Assembly (NCBI RefSeq): GCF_006345805.1
Contig: NC_043000.1
Location: forward strand, 60,388,001-60,452,000
Direction of reading: 5' to 3'
Source of the DNA: Octopus sinensis
Lineage: Eukaryota
Length of the DNA: 64,000 nucleotides
In this document: in pieces, positions 25,549-37,084 of the stretch
How the letters are laid out: each line of letters begins with the position of its first letter
Numbering within the stretch: the first letter of the stretch is position 1
Position numbers and translations under genes: made by a program
Notes under the pieces: model-generated
Databases searched by the model: none
What the model saw: the letters and a program-made list of their open reading frames with translations, nothing else
Told to the model about the DNA's origin: nothing

Positions 25549-25998
25549 TCACAAACCTATTGAAGTAAATACCGCCTCCTGGTCCGTTTGCAATTTCGGA
25601 GAGAATGTAGGGATTTAATAGAGAGGTGAGTAGGGGACAATAATGAAAATTTCTTTACTTTTGCCCCTGCCCCCTGTTTTGTTTGTCAGTTCTGTCGGTG
25701 GGGGAGAAGGAAGTTTGGCTATATTTTTGTATAGAATGTTGTTCCTGCTACATACTACTCACAGGCAGATATGTATATGTATGTGTGTGTATACATATGT
25801 GTATATATATATATATATATTATATATATATATAGCAAATAAGCTTAAGAAAACCTCTATTAGAGATGAAAGCAGTATTTATACTAAGAAGTATTATTTA
25901 TTGCCATCTAAACATGGATGTTCTATAAGAACAGATGATACTGCTATTTTAATTCCGAGAGGATACCTCCTCCAGCTGGTTATTGATTGCATCTTATA

Positions 25999-26030
<32 letters not shown>

Positions 26031-26169
26031 GTGTATATATATATGTATATAAAATTTGAAGGAGACCTCTTTTGTCAATTCATCATCATCATCGTTTAGC
26101 GATGATGATGATGAATGAAATAATGAATTTTCATTATTGAATTGATAAAAGGTGGGGTTTTTTCTAATT

Positions 26170-26221
<52 letters not shown>

Positions 26222-26653
26222 AATTAAATCAAAAACAGAGCACAAAGGATGTCGCGGTAATATATATATATATATATATTATATTTTGTGAAATTTGATT
26301 TAGTATTTATAAATTGAATTTTTCCCTGTAAGTTTGGAATAATATTCCCTCATATTATTATTATTATACATACTACATATATATATATATATATATATAT
26401 TTAAGTAGTTGAATGAATTATCTTAGTATGGATAATTTGGTTAACCGATACCTGGGTAGTTTTTGTTCATCTTGATGCTGACATAAGTTCCTTGTTTTTC
26501 CTGATGAGAAGGCGGCATGATGCACCCCTTATTCCTTCGAAATTAGGAATATGCAGCCTTCGAAACGTATGTCGAGAATAAAGGAATTTGTTAAATCGTC
26601 GTTCAACTCCATTCTTTCATTTATTTATATATATATATATTATATATATATAT
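25490..26653. repeat. Mosaic of seven (TA)n tracts separated by six 40-220 bp repeat fragments, some Penelope-like
   Basis: TA tracts at about 25495, 25770, 26010, 26168, 26259, 26370 and 26623. The reverse complement of spacer 26284-26369 is homologous to 62348-62400. Spacer 26403-26622 holds a hammerhead. Confidence 0.8.
26486..26588 (+). ncRNA. Type I hammerhead ribozyme, probably in a Penelope-like pLTR fragment
   Basis: Core CUGAUGA at 26501-26507. Stem II GAAGGC/GCCUUC with the canonical G10.1-C11.1 pair, extended by GCAU/AUGC. Then GAA-A at 26562-26565, short stem III AC-GUAU-GU, and GUC cleavage triplet at 26571-26573. Stem I is 26486-26500 with 26574-26588, 13 of 15 positions paired. 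Confidence 0.85.
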
Positions 26654-27010
26654 CGTGGCCGTTCGCCAGCCTCATCTGGCACCTGTGTCAGTGGCACATA
26701 AAACACCATCCGAGCGTGGCCGTCTGCCAGCCTCGTCTGGCACCTGTGTCGGTGCACACATAAAAAACACCATTCGAGCGTGGCCGTTCGCCAGCCTCGT
26801 CTGGCACCTGTGTCGGTTGGCACATAAAATCACCCACTACACTCTCGGAGTGGTTGGCGTTAGGAAGGGCATCCAGCCGTAGAAACACTGCCAGATCTGA
26901 CTGGCCTGGTGCAGCCTTCGGGCTCCCCAGACCCCAGTTGAACCGTCCAACCCATGCTAGCATGGAAAACGGACGCTAAATGAATGATGATGATGATGAT
27001 GATGATGATG
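26654..27010 (+). mobile_element. RTE-tail-derived element with three tandem 61-64 bp internal units and (GAT)n tail
   Basis: Units start at 26654, 26715 and 26779. The 3' end 'ccaacccatgctagcatggaaaacggacgctaaatgaatgatgatg' matches the end of 4318-4848. Confidence 0.85.
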
Positions 27011-27011
27011 A

Positions 27012-27780
27012 GTTGCAACATTCGTTTCTTGACAATATCTGATAGGTAGTCTAGCCCTGACCACCACAATGTCTTCCTCATTGGTGATGTAGACCTTCCA
27101 TGATATTCCAAGTATAACACAAATGCATCACCTATGGAAGACATCCAGTTTGCTGATGATGCTAGCTGTGCTTTTCCATGTCTTGCATGCATAGATAGCA
27201 GTAGGCACTACAATCAACATGTAGAAATGGATTTTCACATATTTGGTGATAAAATTATTCGACTACACTGGGTGAGGTCATTTGAATACACTTGATGCTT
27301 ATCCAATAGAGACTTGTATGTCAATTTTCATGCTACCATCATTGCAGATAGTGCTTCCTAGACATTTGAAAATGTTTTAGACTATTGTTTCCAACTGTTA
27401 GTGGAGGATTTATTAGCATATCAATGGTTATTGTCTTCTCACAGCTTATGCACAGGCCCACCTTAAATGCATTGTTGTTGAGGTTACTGGTTAGTTGTTG
27501 CAATCCTTCAGATGTGTAACTAGCAACTGCAATGTCATTTACGTAATCCAAGTCATATAACCTCCCTTCACCCCGTCTAAACTCTGCCTTCCTCATGATA
27601 AAGTTGATACCAATGAGATTTGTTGATCATGTGGTAATATTCTTTCCCAGAAAAGCCATGATTTGTCAAATTCGCTAACCATGTGAGCAACATTCCAGCG
27701 AATCATAACATTCAGGTGATTGTTGAAGATTCTCACTAAACTCCACAACAAGTGTGTTTGAAAAGTCGTAAACAGCGAAA
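27012..27780 (-). mobile_element. RTE LINE RT fragment
   Basis: ORF 27339-27596 contains RLYDLDYVNDIAV (YADD box), LQQL and KVGLCISCEKT. Downstream reads DYLSDIVKKRMLQ. Confidence 0.8.
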
Positions 27781-29586
27781 GTGTTTAAAGCAATAAGAAA
27801 ACTTCCTCCCAAAAGGTTCATATCAATCTAATGTCTTACGATTTTTTATATATAATTCATAATTTTTAACGCAAGAAAATCTTCATAGAACGAAGTCAAA
27901 GCTAGTCAAGCTGTTTTCTGATTCATTTTACTGAGACCCCTGTTGCTTAAACAAGATTCTTCAATGCTGAATGTATATCTATTAAACGGGCGTATGTAAA
28001 CTAATTCACAATGTATCCAAGTAAACAGGAATAAAATGTGAGTGACATCCGTGAGATACTGAGGCCTGTTTATAATCGAAGGGTATCTTAGTCATGATCA
28101 TCCAAACTATTTTTTTTTATGCACAATGTACCCCCACTGTCTACATTATCCAAATATCTTTTATTATTGGTGTGGAAGGCTGTATCAGGATCTACATAAA
28201 AAGTTTGTCATTTATTTAGATAGTAGCATACTGTTTGAGGAAGAACCGTCAGCTACTTCTAGTGATCATACTTAGATTCCTTCATTAGTTCGTCGCTACG
28301 CAAGTTGTTGCATTTAGCCCAAGCAATCTGCGCACCCCCTCCCATACATACACATCAGACACCTGGGGGTACGCCAGATCTGCCAAGCAGTCTAGACAGA
28401 GCACACCTTTGATTAAAAACATTTCAGCAGTCACCCTACAGTTTTTTGTTTAGTGGGAAGACGTGGGACTACATTGTCCGACATGTCCTTCATTTAGACA
28501 GTAGTGAGATCGGAAGGAGATTTGGCTACTGTTTTTAACAGGCCAAGTGACCATGTAACGGCTCCCTCACTGGCACAGAGCTCTCGCAGTTATCGAATTG
28601 AAACTTAGAATTTAATGGTATTAAAACATGCAAAAATTAATTTGAAGAAATAATTTTTAAAATATATTTAGTTGTTTATGCTTTGAGTTCACTTTTCATC
28701 CCTCCGAGACGATAAAAAAATTTTATGTCACTTAAATTCCGAGTTGGTTGGATCGATAAACTCCTTCTCTCCAAATTGTGTGACCTTGTGGTTTAAAAAA
28801 ATAAAATCAATACTTAAAAACTCAAACTTTCCAAAAAGTAAAAACCCGTACATGCATTTCTCAAGCCTATCAATGAAATACTAATTAGAAATTTACTGCC
28901 AGATGAGTGTCATCCTTGTTATGAAAGTTAGAATGTGATTGTGGGGTTATAAAATATATAAAAATGTGACGATACAAAATAAATGTCTTTTTCTTTATGT
29001 TAGGAAGTGTTCATGTAGTTAATAATATTTTTGTTAAATAAAGTATTAGATTCTTTTCTTATATAATTTATTAAAGTAATATCAATGTTATATCATTGAC
29101 TGAGCATCACCACCACGAAGTAGACGTTTTCAATTTATATTTAATTACACGTTTCCTCACAAAAGCTGATCGATATCTGTATCCGTGTAAGGAAGTTTTA
29201 CATCCACTTATCTCATAAATGTCTTTCGGAAAGGTATAAACACCACATCTACCATGTTTGCTCTGAAACTAATGAAGTTTAATTTCACCGCCGCCAGATA
29301 ATGCTTGAGACAAAAGAAAAAACAAAAAAAAAACCTAGCATCCATCGTGGATCTTTTCATTTTGAAGGCCAGATTTTCCTAGTTAACTAAACAATTTGAA
29401 ACTTCGTATACTGGTAGAATGTGTCAAAAGAAAACATTATTGTAAACAAAATTGAAAGCATGCTTACGACTTGATAAAAAATATATATTCTGCCCATATA
29501 AAAAAGAAAGGGTTGGAAATGTGTATGTTAATTTTTGTAATAGTATTTGCAGATAAATGTGAGAAACAACATTTCGTTCTTCTTAC

Positions 29587-29643
29587 CTTAAAAATTACAC
29601 CTGTTTCAATTTTGCGCCATTCGCTGTGAATGGTGGTTTAACA
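29587..29643 (-). other. Candidate 5' (non-coding) exon end with strong splice donor
   Basis: Minus strand AAG|GTAAGA at 29587/29586, with ATGGCG (4-codon uORF or YY1-like motif) at 29620-29615, inside the CpG-retaining domain. No transcript evidence. Confidence 0.3.
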
Positions 29644-31947
29644 CAGTGATTCCCAACGTGGTCCCCAGAGAATTCGTAGCCATAAACAAATAGAAGCCAT
29701 TTTAGATCTACACAAAATTGCTTGATAATGAAGACACTGTTAGTTAATAATAATTTATATGAAGACAGAATAATAATAAGAAAACAAAATTCAATAATTA
29801 TTCCATAAGAATCAATAATGTATAATATATTACAAACAAGAATTACATAATTTACATTTTACAATCACAACAGTTTCATAATAAATTTGACATTATTAAT
29901 AGATCCCTACACAATATTGTTTAATAATAAATTTGATACTTTTAATTTATAGAAATAAAGTATTTATTATTTTTATTTTTTTTAAGATCAATTGTAATAA
30001 TGTCTGAACCAACTGCTAAAAAGGTAAAACTGAGGAACTACAAAGAAGATTTTAGCATGTTTGGTTTTGTATCTGTAGACTCAAAACCTATGTGTCTTGA
30101 ATGTGATGCCATCATGACAAATCATTCCTTAAAGAAAGTTAAGCTGGAACAGCACCAGAAATTGAAGCATCCATCATCTGTTGGTAAAGGTAGGGAATAT
30201 TTTGAGAATAAAAAAAAAATACAGCCAATCAAACTACCCGACTGAAAAAGTAAAGACATTCAAACTAAGTTATTTTGTCTCTGAAATTATTGCCAAGGTT
30301 GCAGCACCTCAGATTTATGGTGAGAAACTTGTCAAGCCTGCTATGATAGCATGTGCAAATGAGATTCTGGGAAAAGGTGCTGCATCTACTCTGAGTACAA
30401 TTCCACTTTCAAATAACACAATTACAAGAAGATAGGATGAAATGTCTAATTTTGTTGAGGAGAAGATTGTGGAAGTTCTCCAAAAGACAAATTTTTCTAT
30501 CCAGATTGATGATAGCACAATTCATAACCAAGCTATCCTTCTGGTCTATGTCAGATTCACCCATGAAGATGATATAAGGGAAGAAATGTTATTCATTAAA
30601 AGTTTGTCTGAAACTACTAATGGAGAAGACATATTCAATGAAGTTATGAAGTATTTTAATGATAAAAATATTTCATCAACTAATTTAATCAACATTTCTT
30701 CAAATGGAGCTGCAGCCATGACTGGAAAAGTGAAAGGCTTTGTTTCTAGAATGAAATCAGTTGCTCCTCACATTTTTTATATACATTATTGCATTATCCA
30801 CAGACAGGTTGCTAAGAATATTGGAGAACACATTGAAGAAGCGCTCAACACTGCCAGTTATACAATTAACTTTGTCAAATCAAACTCAGTGAATAATAGA
30901 TTTTTTATGCAATTCTGTGAAGATGAAGATTTAAAAACCCTATTGCTTCACACAGAAGTAAGATGGTTGTTAATAGGCCTGAGCCTTGAAAGACTAATGA
31001 ATTTATGGGAACCATTAATCAACTTTCTCGTGTTCAAGAGTCAGATGACTCACTACAACTTCAAGAAGCAAGCTGTTTTGGAAAGACTTTCTGAGTTTAA
31101 ATCAAAAATATTCTACTTGAGTGATATTTTTAAAACAGTGAATCTGCTTAACTTAGAGCTGCAAGGTAGAAAATCAGATTTGGTCACCTGTTCTCAGAAG
31201 ATAAAAGGGTATATGGGGAAATTAAAATTTTGGAACAAAAACAGTTTAAAAAGTAAATTTTGGCATCATTTCAAAATTTTAACACCACAGTTCCTACATC
31301 AGAATGCATTGCCCTTCGTGAAGGTCTTCATGTAGACTTTGAGAGAAGATACAATGATTTAATAAAGATAGACCTAGAAAATTATGAGCCAGGAGATGAA
31401 AATTTTGAGTTGGCTGAAATGTTGTTAGATTTGAAAGAGAATATGAAACTGAGAAGAAGATTTGCAAAAGAAGGTGTCTTTGCCTACATATCGATAAAGG
31501 AATCATACCCAAATATTTTTCGACATGTAGAAGCAAGCATCATTTCTTTCCCTACCACATGGATGGTGGAATCTGCATTTTCAGCTGTTGTAGATAATTT
31601 AAGTAGAAAAAGAAATAAATAAGATGTCAACAGCAGAGGAACTATCAGACTAAGACTAAATGAGCTCATTAAAATTGATTATCATATTTTGTGAATGAAC
31701 TAAAAATGAACGACTTTATGAAAAATGATTTTGATATTTTGTGTTTATATTTGTTTACTAAAATACATTTAAATTTTATCTTTTGTTTGCTAAAATATAA
31801 TTTAAAGTGTAAATAGACTATTTTGTCTTTTCATTAAGTATCTTAGTGTGAAAATAAAACAGCATAAAGTAAAAGTAGAAGTGGTCCCTTGAAAGTTTTT
31901 CAAGTAAAAAATGAGTTCCTGGGCTGAAAAAAGGTTGGGAACCACTG
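29644..31947 (+). mobile_element. Full-length hAT DNA transposon, Buster/Charlie subfamily (2304 bp), inactivated
   Basis: TIRs CAGTGATTCCCAAC (29644-29657) and GTTGGGAACCACTG (31934-31947), one mismatch. Perfect TSD GTTTAACA at 29636-29643 and 31948-31955. Confidence 0.95.
30000..31694 (+). pseudogene. hAT transposase pseudogene (ZBED5/SCAND3/FAM200-like family)
   Basis: BED-type finger CLEC...HQKLKH, then QIDDST, SSNGAAAMTG (second catalytic D appears as N), CIIHRQ, TEVRWL and FPTTWMVESAFS. Split over four ORFs by frameshifts and in-frame stops (RR*DEM, NK*DVN). Confidence 0.9.
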
Positions 31948-32589
31948 GTTTAACAGACGACCTTTGAACTCTGCACTATTATCAGCTGTCGTCTGGTAAC
32001 TGGATTTTCATTAAAACAATTATTTTCGCGCAAATATCAAATTTCTTTCACAAAAGCTAGACTTCTTTTGAATTATTAGAAGCTGATTTTTTACGAAAAA
32101 GATGTTTTCATTTTTGTTTTGCTTAGATAGATAGACACGCACACCCACATACACTAAAACAATAATTGCTGAGTAATCCGTAATTTTTTATAGAAGGGAC
32201 CTGTTCATGTTTTCAAATATCTGAAAGATATTTTTACATTACTAAACGAACAATTGCTGGGGTGTGGGCGGTGAAGTTATCGGAAACTATAAAACTTACA
32301 TATTCTCAACTATAGCTTCTTTGCATCATTATTCATTTTGTTTCTTTTAAATAAATTTTTCAATAGAAAATTCTGAGTTGTATATCCTAATAATATATCA
32401 CTCCTAAATATCATTATTTACATGAAAATTGAAATATAATAATTAAAAAATATAGGCATGTATTCCATCAAAGTCTCGTCTGTAAGGCTACTAAAAGAGG
32501 TGACAGGACTAACGAGGAGAAAACTACACAAAATATATACAACGATAAACTCACATCATACTAAATACTAATTTATCTGAGGTAATAAT

Positions 32590-32985
32590 CTTTTCTGCTA
32601 TAGGTACAAGGCCTGAAATTTTGGCAGAGGGGACTAGTCGATTACATCGACTCCAGTGTTAAACTGGTACTTATCGATTCCGAAAGAATGAAAGGCAAAG
32701 TCGACCCCGGTAGCATTTGAACTCAAAAATATATACACGGACGAAATATCTCTTTACTACCCACAAGTGGCTAAACACAGAGAGGACAAACAAGGACAGA
32801 CAAACGTATTAAGTCGATTATATCGACCCCAGTGCGTAACTGGTACTTATTTAATCGACCCCGAAAGGATGAAAAGCAAAGTCGACCTCGGCGGAATTTG
32901 AACTCAGAACGTAAAGACGAACGGAATACCGCTAAGCATTTTGCTCTGCATGCTAACGATTCTGCCAGCTTGCCGCCTTTCTCTG
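32590..32985 (-). mobile_element. Dimeric SINE (family B), CpG-intact copy
   Basis: Two 'gtcgatta.atcgac...gaaagga/aatgaaa.gcaaagtcgac...atttgaactca' modules joined by a 'ctttactacccacaag' linker. Same architecture as 56092-56485. Confidence 0.8.
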
Positions 32986-33419
32986 AGTTAATAATGACTT
33001 AAGCTTTTTTCACTCCAGAGATTGAGATTCAAAGAGATATTTAATGCTTGACGGGAGAAAATAATGTACTCTTCCATTCACCTTGAATATATCAACACGC
33101 ATTTTAATCATATTCATTAATAACGTTTTTAAAGATATTCATTCTAATTTCTCTTTCAGTAATCTCTTGCTTAATGATTTCCTCTTCAATACAGCTTCTC
33201 TGTATATCTTTACTCCAATAAAGAAGCAAAAGTTGAAGAAAAAAACTCTTTGAAACTGGTACTTTATAAGCAGCTGATAATTTTCCTTCTAGTTTTTTGT
33301 TCTAATACCTCCTCCATAGTCCTATTACATGCTTTTGTGAGAATTGTCAAAACACTTTTTAAGAGCAAATTCAATGGAAAATCTGAAAGATTCATCCATT
33401 TTTCCTGTAATAAAAATGG

Positions 33420-33600
33420 TAGACGTTGAACCTGAAATTTTATTTAATTATTGTCTGAATCATTACATCACTTGTGTTTGTCTCTTTCATAAAGACATCA
33501 TGCACACTGTACAGTGATATCCACAGGGTTGTTTGTAATATTTGTTCATATCTACTTTTCCTTGATCTATCTGCAGCATTTGGTATGGTAGACCATGGGA
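33420..33600 (+). mobile_element. L2/CR1-like RT remnant
   Basis: 33552-33599 translates LLFLDLSAAFGMVDHG, similar to the L2/CR1 RT motif LDLSAAFDTVDH. Confidence 0.5.
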
Positions 33601-36600
33601 CGTTTGAAGCCTTTTGCACTTGTCTGAAATAGTTTGCTTCTTATGATAAAATACAGTAATTAATCAAGTAAGGTTAGAGCCATTATTTTGTATTACATAA
33701 AGGACTTCAAAGTTTAGCTTAGGGAAACATTTGGTAAAGACAAAACAAGACTGATTTTAGACCCCTGAAAGGAGAGTGTGAAGTATATTTTTTAGAAAAA
33801 GTCTGGTAGTCAATCATGAGCTCCATTTTGACTTTTGGGACTTGGGACTGAACCCCCTCTTAATGGCGCAACATGTAATGTTGAACAAGACATTCATAGA
33901 ATGTCATGCAGTATTTGTTCTGACTTTCTGCACTCCAATTTCAAATCCACCCTGAGGTCAATGATATTTTTCATCCTTTCATGGTTAATAAAGAAAAGTA
34001 CCAACCTAAAACAGTGGATTGCGGGAATTGTTAGAATGTCAGGCGAGATATGTTGCACTATGTGTCCTTCTTTTACATTTTGGGGACAACACCTACAATG
34101 ATACTAGTGTCAAGCTGTATCAACACAAAGTTGGTGGCCTTTACCTTGGACAAACATTAGTGGTATTGAGGGAGGAGGCTTGAGGTTTGCATGTGTGAGC
34201 AACTGTGAGCCTTCCTCAACAAATTTCACCCAGGTCTGTGCATACATGTGCAGAAACATGGTCAACAGTGACTGACAGAGACCCTATGCAGGGCTGACTT
34301 AGCAACTTTATAGGCCCCTTGACAAATCAATGCACTGGACCCTATAGTAATTTTTATTAGCAGAAAGCCACAACATACATTGATCAGAATTGGGCTTCTA
34401 GACCAGTGAAGGCCCTTGGCAACTGCCCAGTGTTCCCATGCCTTAAGACAACACTAGCCCTTTAATTACTATTATCAATGATACCATCATAGCTACCAAT
34501 AAGTTCAAGGTCTTGCTATTTCTGTTAACCTTTCATCATGACCATGAGGCAAAACTACATTACAAAGATAGATTTTCCTTTTCAGTGCAGAAAATTATAC
34601 TTCAGCTATGAATCAGAGCTATCTCTAAGGTAAATCTCATGACCCACTGATCATTTCTAAATACATCACTTTTGTATAATATCTATGTAGAAATAGGACA
34701 AACTATCTTGGACAAATTCAGTACTTTGAAACAACAAAGCATTTGTCATCTTACAAAAAAGGTCTTGTTTCCAGCCTATTTAGAGCAAGATAAAATGAAT
34801 ATTTTAAGAAATACAACACAATGCTGGCATCATCATAATCATCATTACTTCAACCTCCACCACCATCATGATTATCATAATTTTTTTTTAAGGCAACAAA
34901 CTAGTAGAAACATTAGTATACTGAGCAAAACACTTAGCATTTCATCTGTCTTCACATTTTGAGTTCAAGTTTCACAGCAATCAACTTTGCCTTTCATCCT
35001 TTCAGGGTTGATGAAATAAGTACCTGTTGAACACTGTGATCAATGTAACTGACCTGCCCCCTTCCCCGAAATCATTTGCCTATGCCAAAATTTGAAACCA
35101 TTATTATCATTTTTACATCTACTCTTCTATGCTGGTACAGTTTTGATGGGTCACCATGGCTTAAATGCGATCATATCTCATATTATTTTAAACATTATCA
35201 GACACTGGAGAGTTATAATATCCACTCTACATTTATTTAAAGAAACCACTTTTCTTTGCAGGATCAACATTTTAATTTTCATTTATTTCATTTATTACAG
35301 GAATGTTCTGGAAGTATTACCTTTTTGATTGTTTAAATTGAAGCATTTCACATCAAACCTTGTGTTTAAGTTTTTCTGTCTTCTAAATAAAAATACATAC
35401 CATTTTGAATTGAGAATCCATTAATATAAACTATAATCTTGTAATATGATATATTAGACTATCTAATGATATATATACATACATATATACACATGTAACA
35501 CAATGTATTTACTGCTTTTCTCTTTCAAGGATATATGCATTATGTTTTGGTAAATGCTTTCAGGAACCCAATAAGCCAAATTTTGATTATATTTTGCACT
35601 GAGCTGAACTTCAGAATTATGTTCTGCTTGGGAGAGCTTTTGGACAACATATTAAATATCTTAGTTTTTATATCATATGTTATTTTTTATTTTTACAATT
35701 TTCATTCAGTCACTGAGAAGATATTTGTTATATGTATATATGTAAAAATATATACATATCTGTATGTGTGTGGCAAAAGAGACCAATAGAATAAGTACTA
35801 GGCTTACAAAGAATAAGTCCTAGGGTCGATTTACTCGACTAAAGGCGGTGCTCCAGCATGGCCACAGTCAAATGACTGAAACAAGTAAAAGAGTAAAGAG
35901 TATATAAAAGAATGTGAAACACACAACTGATCATTGAAATACAACAAATATGACTGATTGTGGGATCATAGAGAAACCTCTCAATGTACACTGCAGTGAA
36001 GTCACAAAACATCAAGGTTTCAAATTCTTTCATTAATGTAACTAGTGGGGAGGAAGAGAAGGACAGAGAGAGAAAAACAGACAGAGACCAAATCTATATT
36101 ACTGGCAATAAACTTGACACATTTTTCTTGCAGACAGACACTGATAGGCGGGTAAATGGTAAAGCCTAAAGGGTGCCGTTAATTTCCTGTAGATGTAATG
36201 TATTTTCTTGTCAAAATTAAATATGAACATAAGAACAGATGTTGAAAACAACGCATTATCTTAAAAACATTTTTCTGTTTTGGATCTGTAAATATTTTAA
36301 AGCACTTTCTCTAACTATCTGTTATACAATAACATTTCCTATTGAAAATACAGGCAAAGAATTTAATCTGTCTGGTGTCATGGACAACTGTGAATATGTT
36401 TTTATAAGCTTGAGTTTACTAAAGCATCTTTCCCATCACCACAATATTAGGTATCATAAGCATTATTCGTAATGCAATTCACAGAACTGGCATGACATCC
36501 TGTTGTATATGACTGTTAATGAATCTAACAGCTTCTAAGCTTAAACCACCTAACTTGCATTTAATGTAAGCCTATACAGGCTCAATATTTCAAAATAATT

Positions 36601-37084
36601 TTCAAAATTAAAGCATTTACAAATGATGTTATTTTAATAGCCTTTCAAATTATATTTTGCTGCCAATGTAAGGTTTCAAAATTTAACTGTTATAATATAC
36701 TTCCTCAACTGACTACCATATATTTTAATCTGTTGATTCCAAAACAATTTAAAGAACAGCCAGATAAACATATTTCATAAAAATTATAAAACAATTCTCT
36801 TAAATTTCAGCAGGCTATACTATTTAGCCTGTGCAACTCCTGGTTTTAAATTCAAACAAATAATCAGAAGGTCTGTTATTGCAAGGAGACGAAACTGTAA
36901 TGTTAATATATGAATGATACTCATAGCTGCTAAAGTTATCATATCCTGTTTGTTACCAAGGTAATGTCACAACTTGTAGCCCATTGAGTTTACTGATCAT
37001 GACTTAGTTCAATTTCTTTGACTTCATTATTTATGATCAAAGTTACAACTTTTTACTTTACATTGATTTCATCACTAAATGTCA

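Larger units (their letters stand above)
27780..33100. promoter_or_regulatory. CpG-retaining (putatively unmethylated, promoter-like) domain, interrupted by the hAT element
   Basis: CG dinucleotides are visibly common at about 27780-29640 and 31950-33100 but rare in flanking unique DNA. The SINE copy at 32.6 kb keeps CpGs that are CpA/TpG in its sister at 56.1 kb. Not counted computationally. Confidence 0.45.

Noticed and set aside
25490-26653. CRISPR-like repeat-spacer appearance
   Set aside because: The repeats are variable-length (TA)n, spacer lengths vary five-fold, the context is eukaryotic and there are no cas genes.
30000-31694. Domesticated ZBED/FAM200-like host gene
   Set aside because: Multiple frameshifts and stops, a mutated catalytic Asp, and intact TIRs and TSD indicate a dead transposon.
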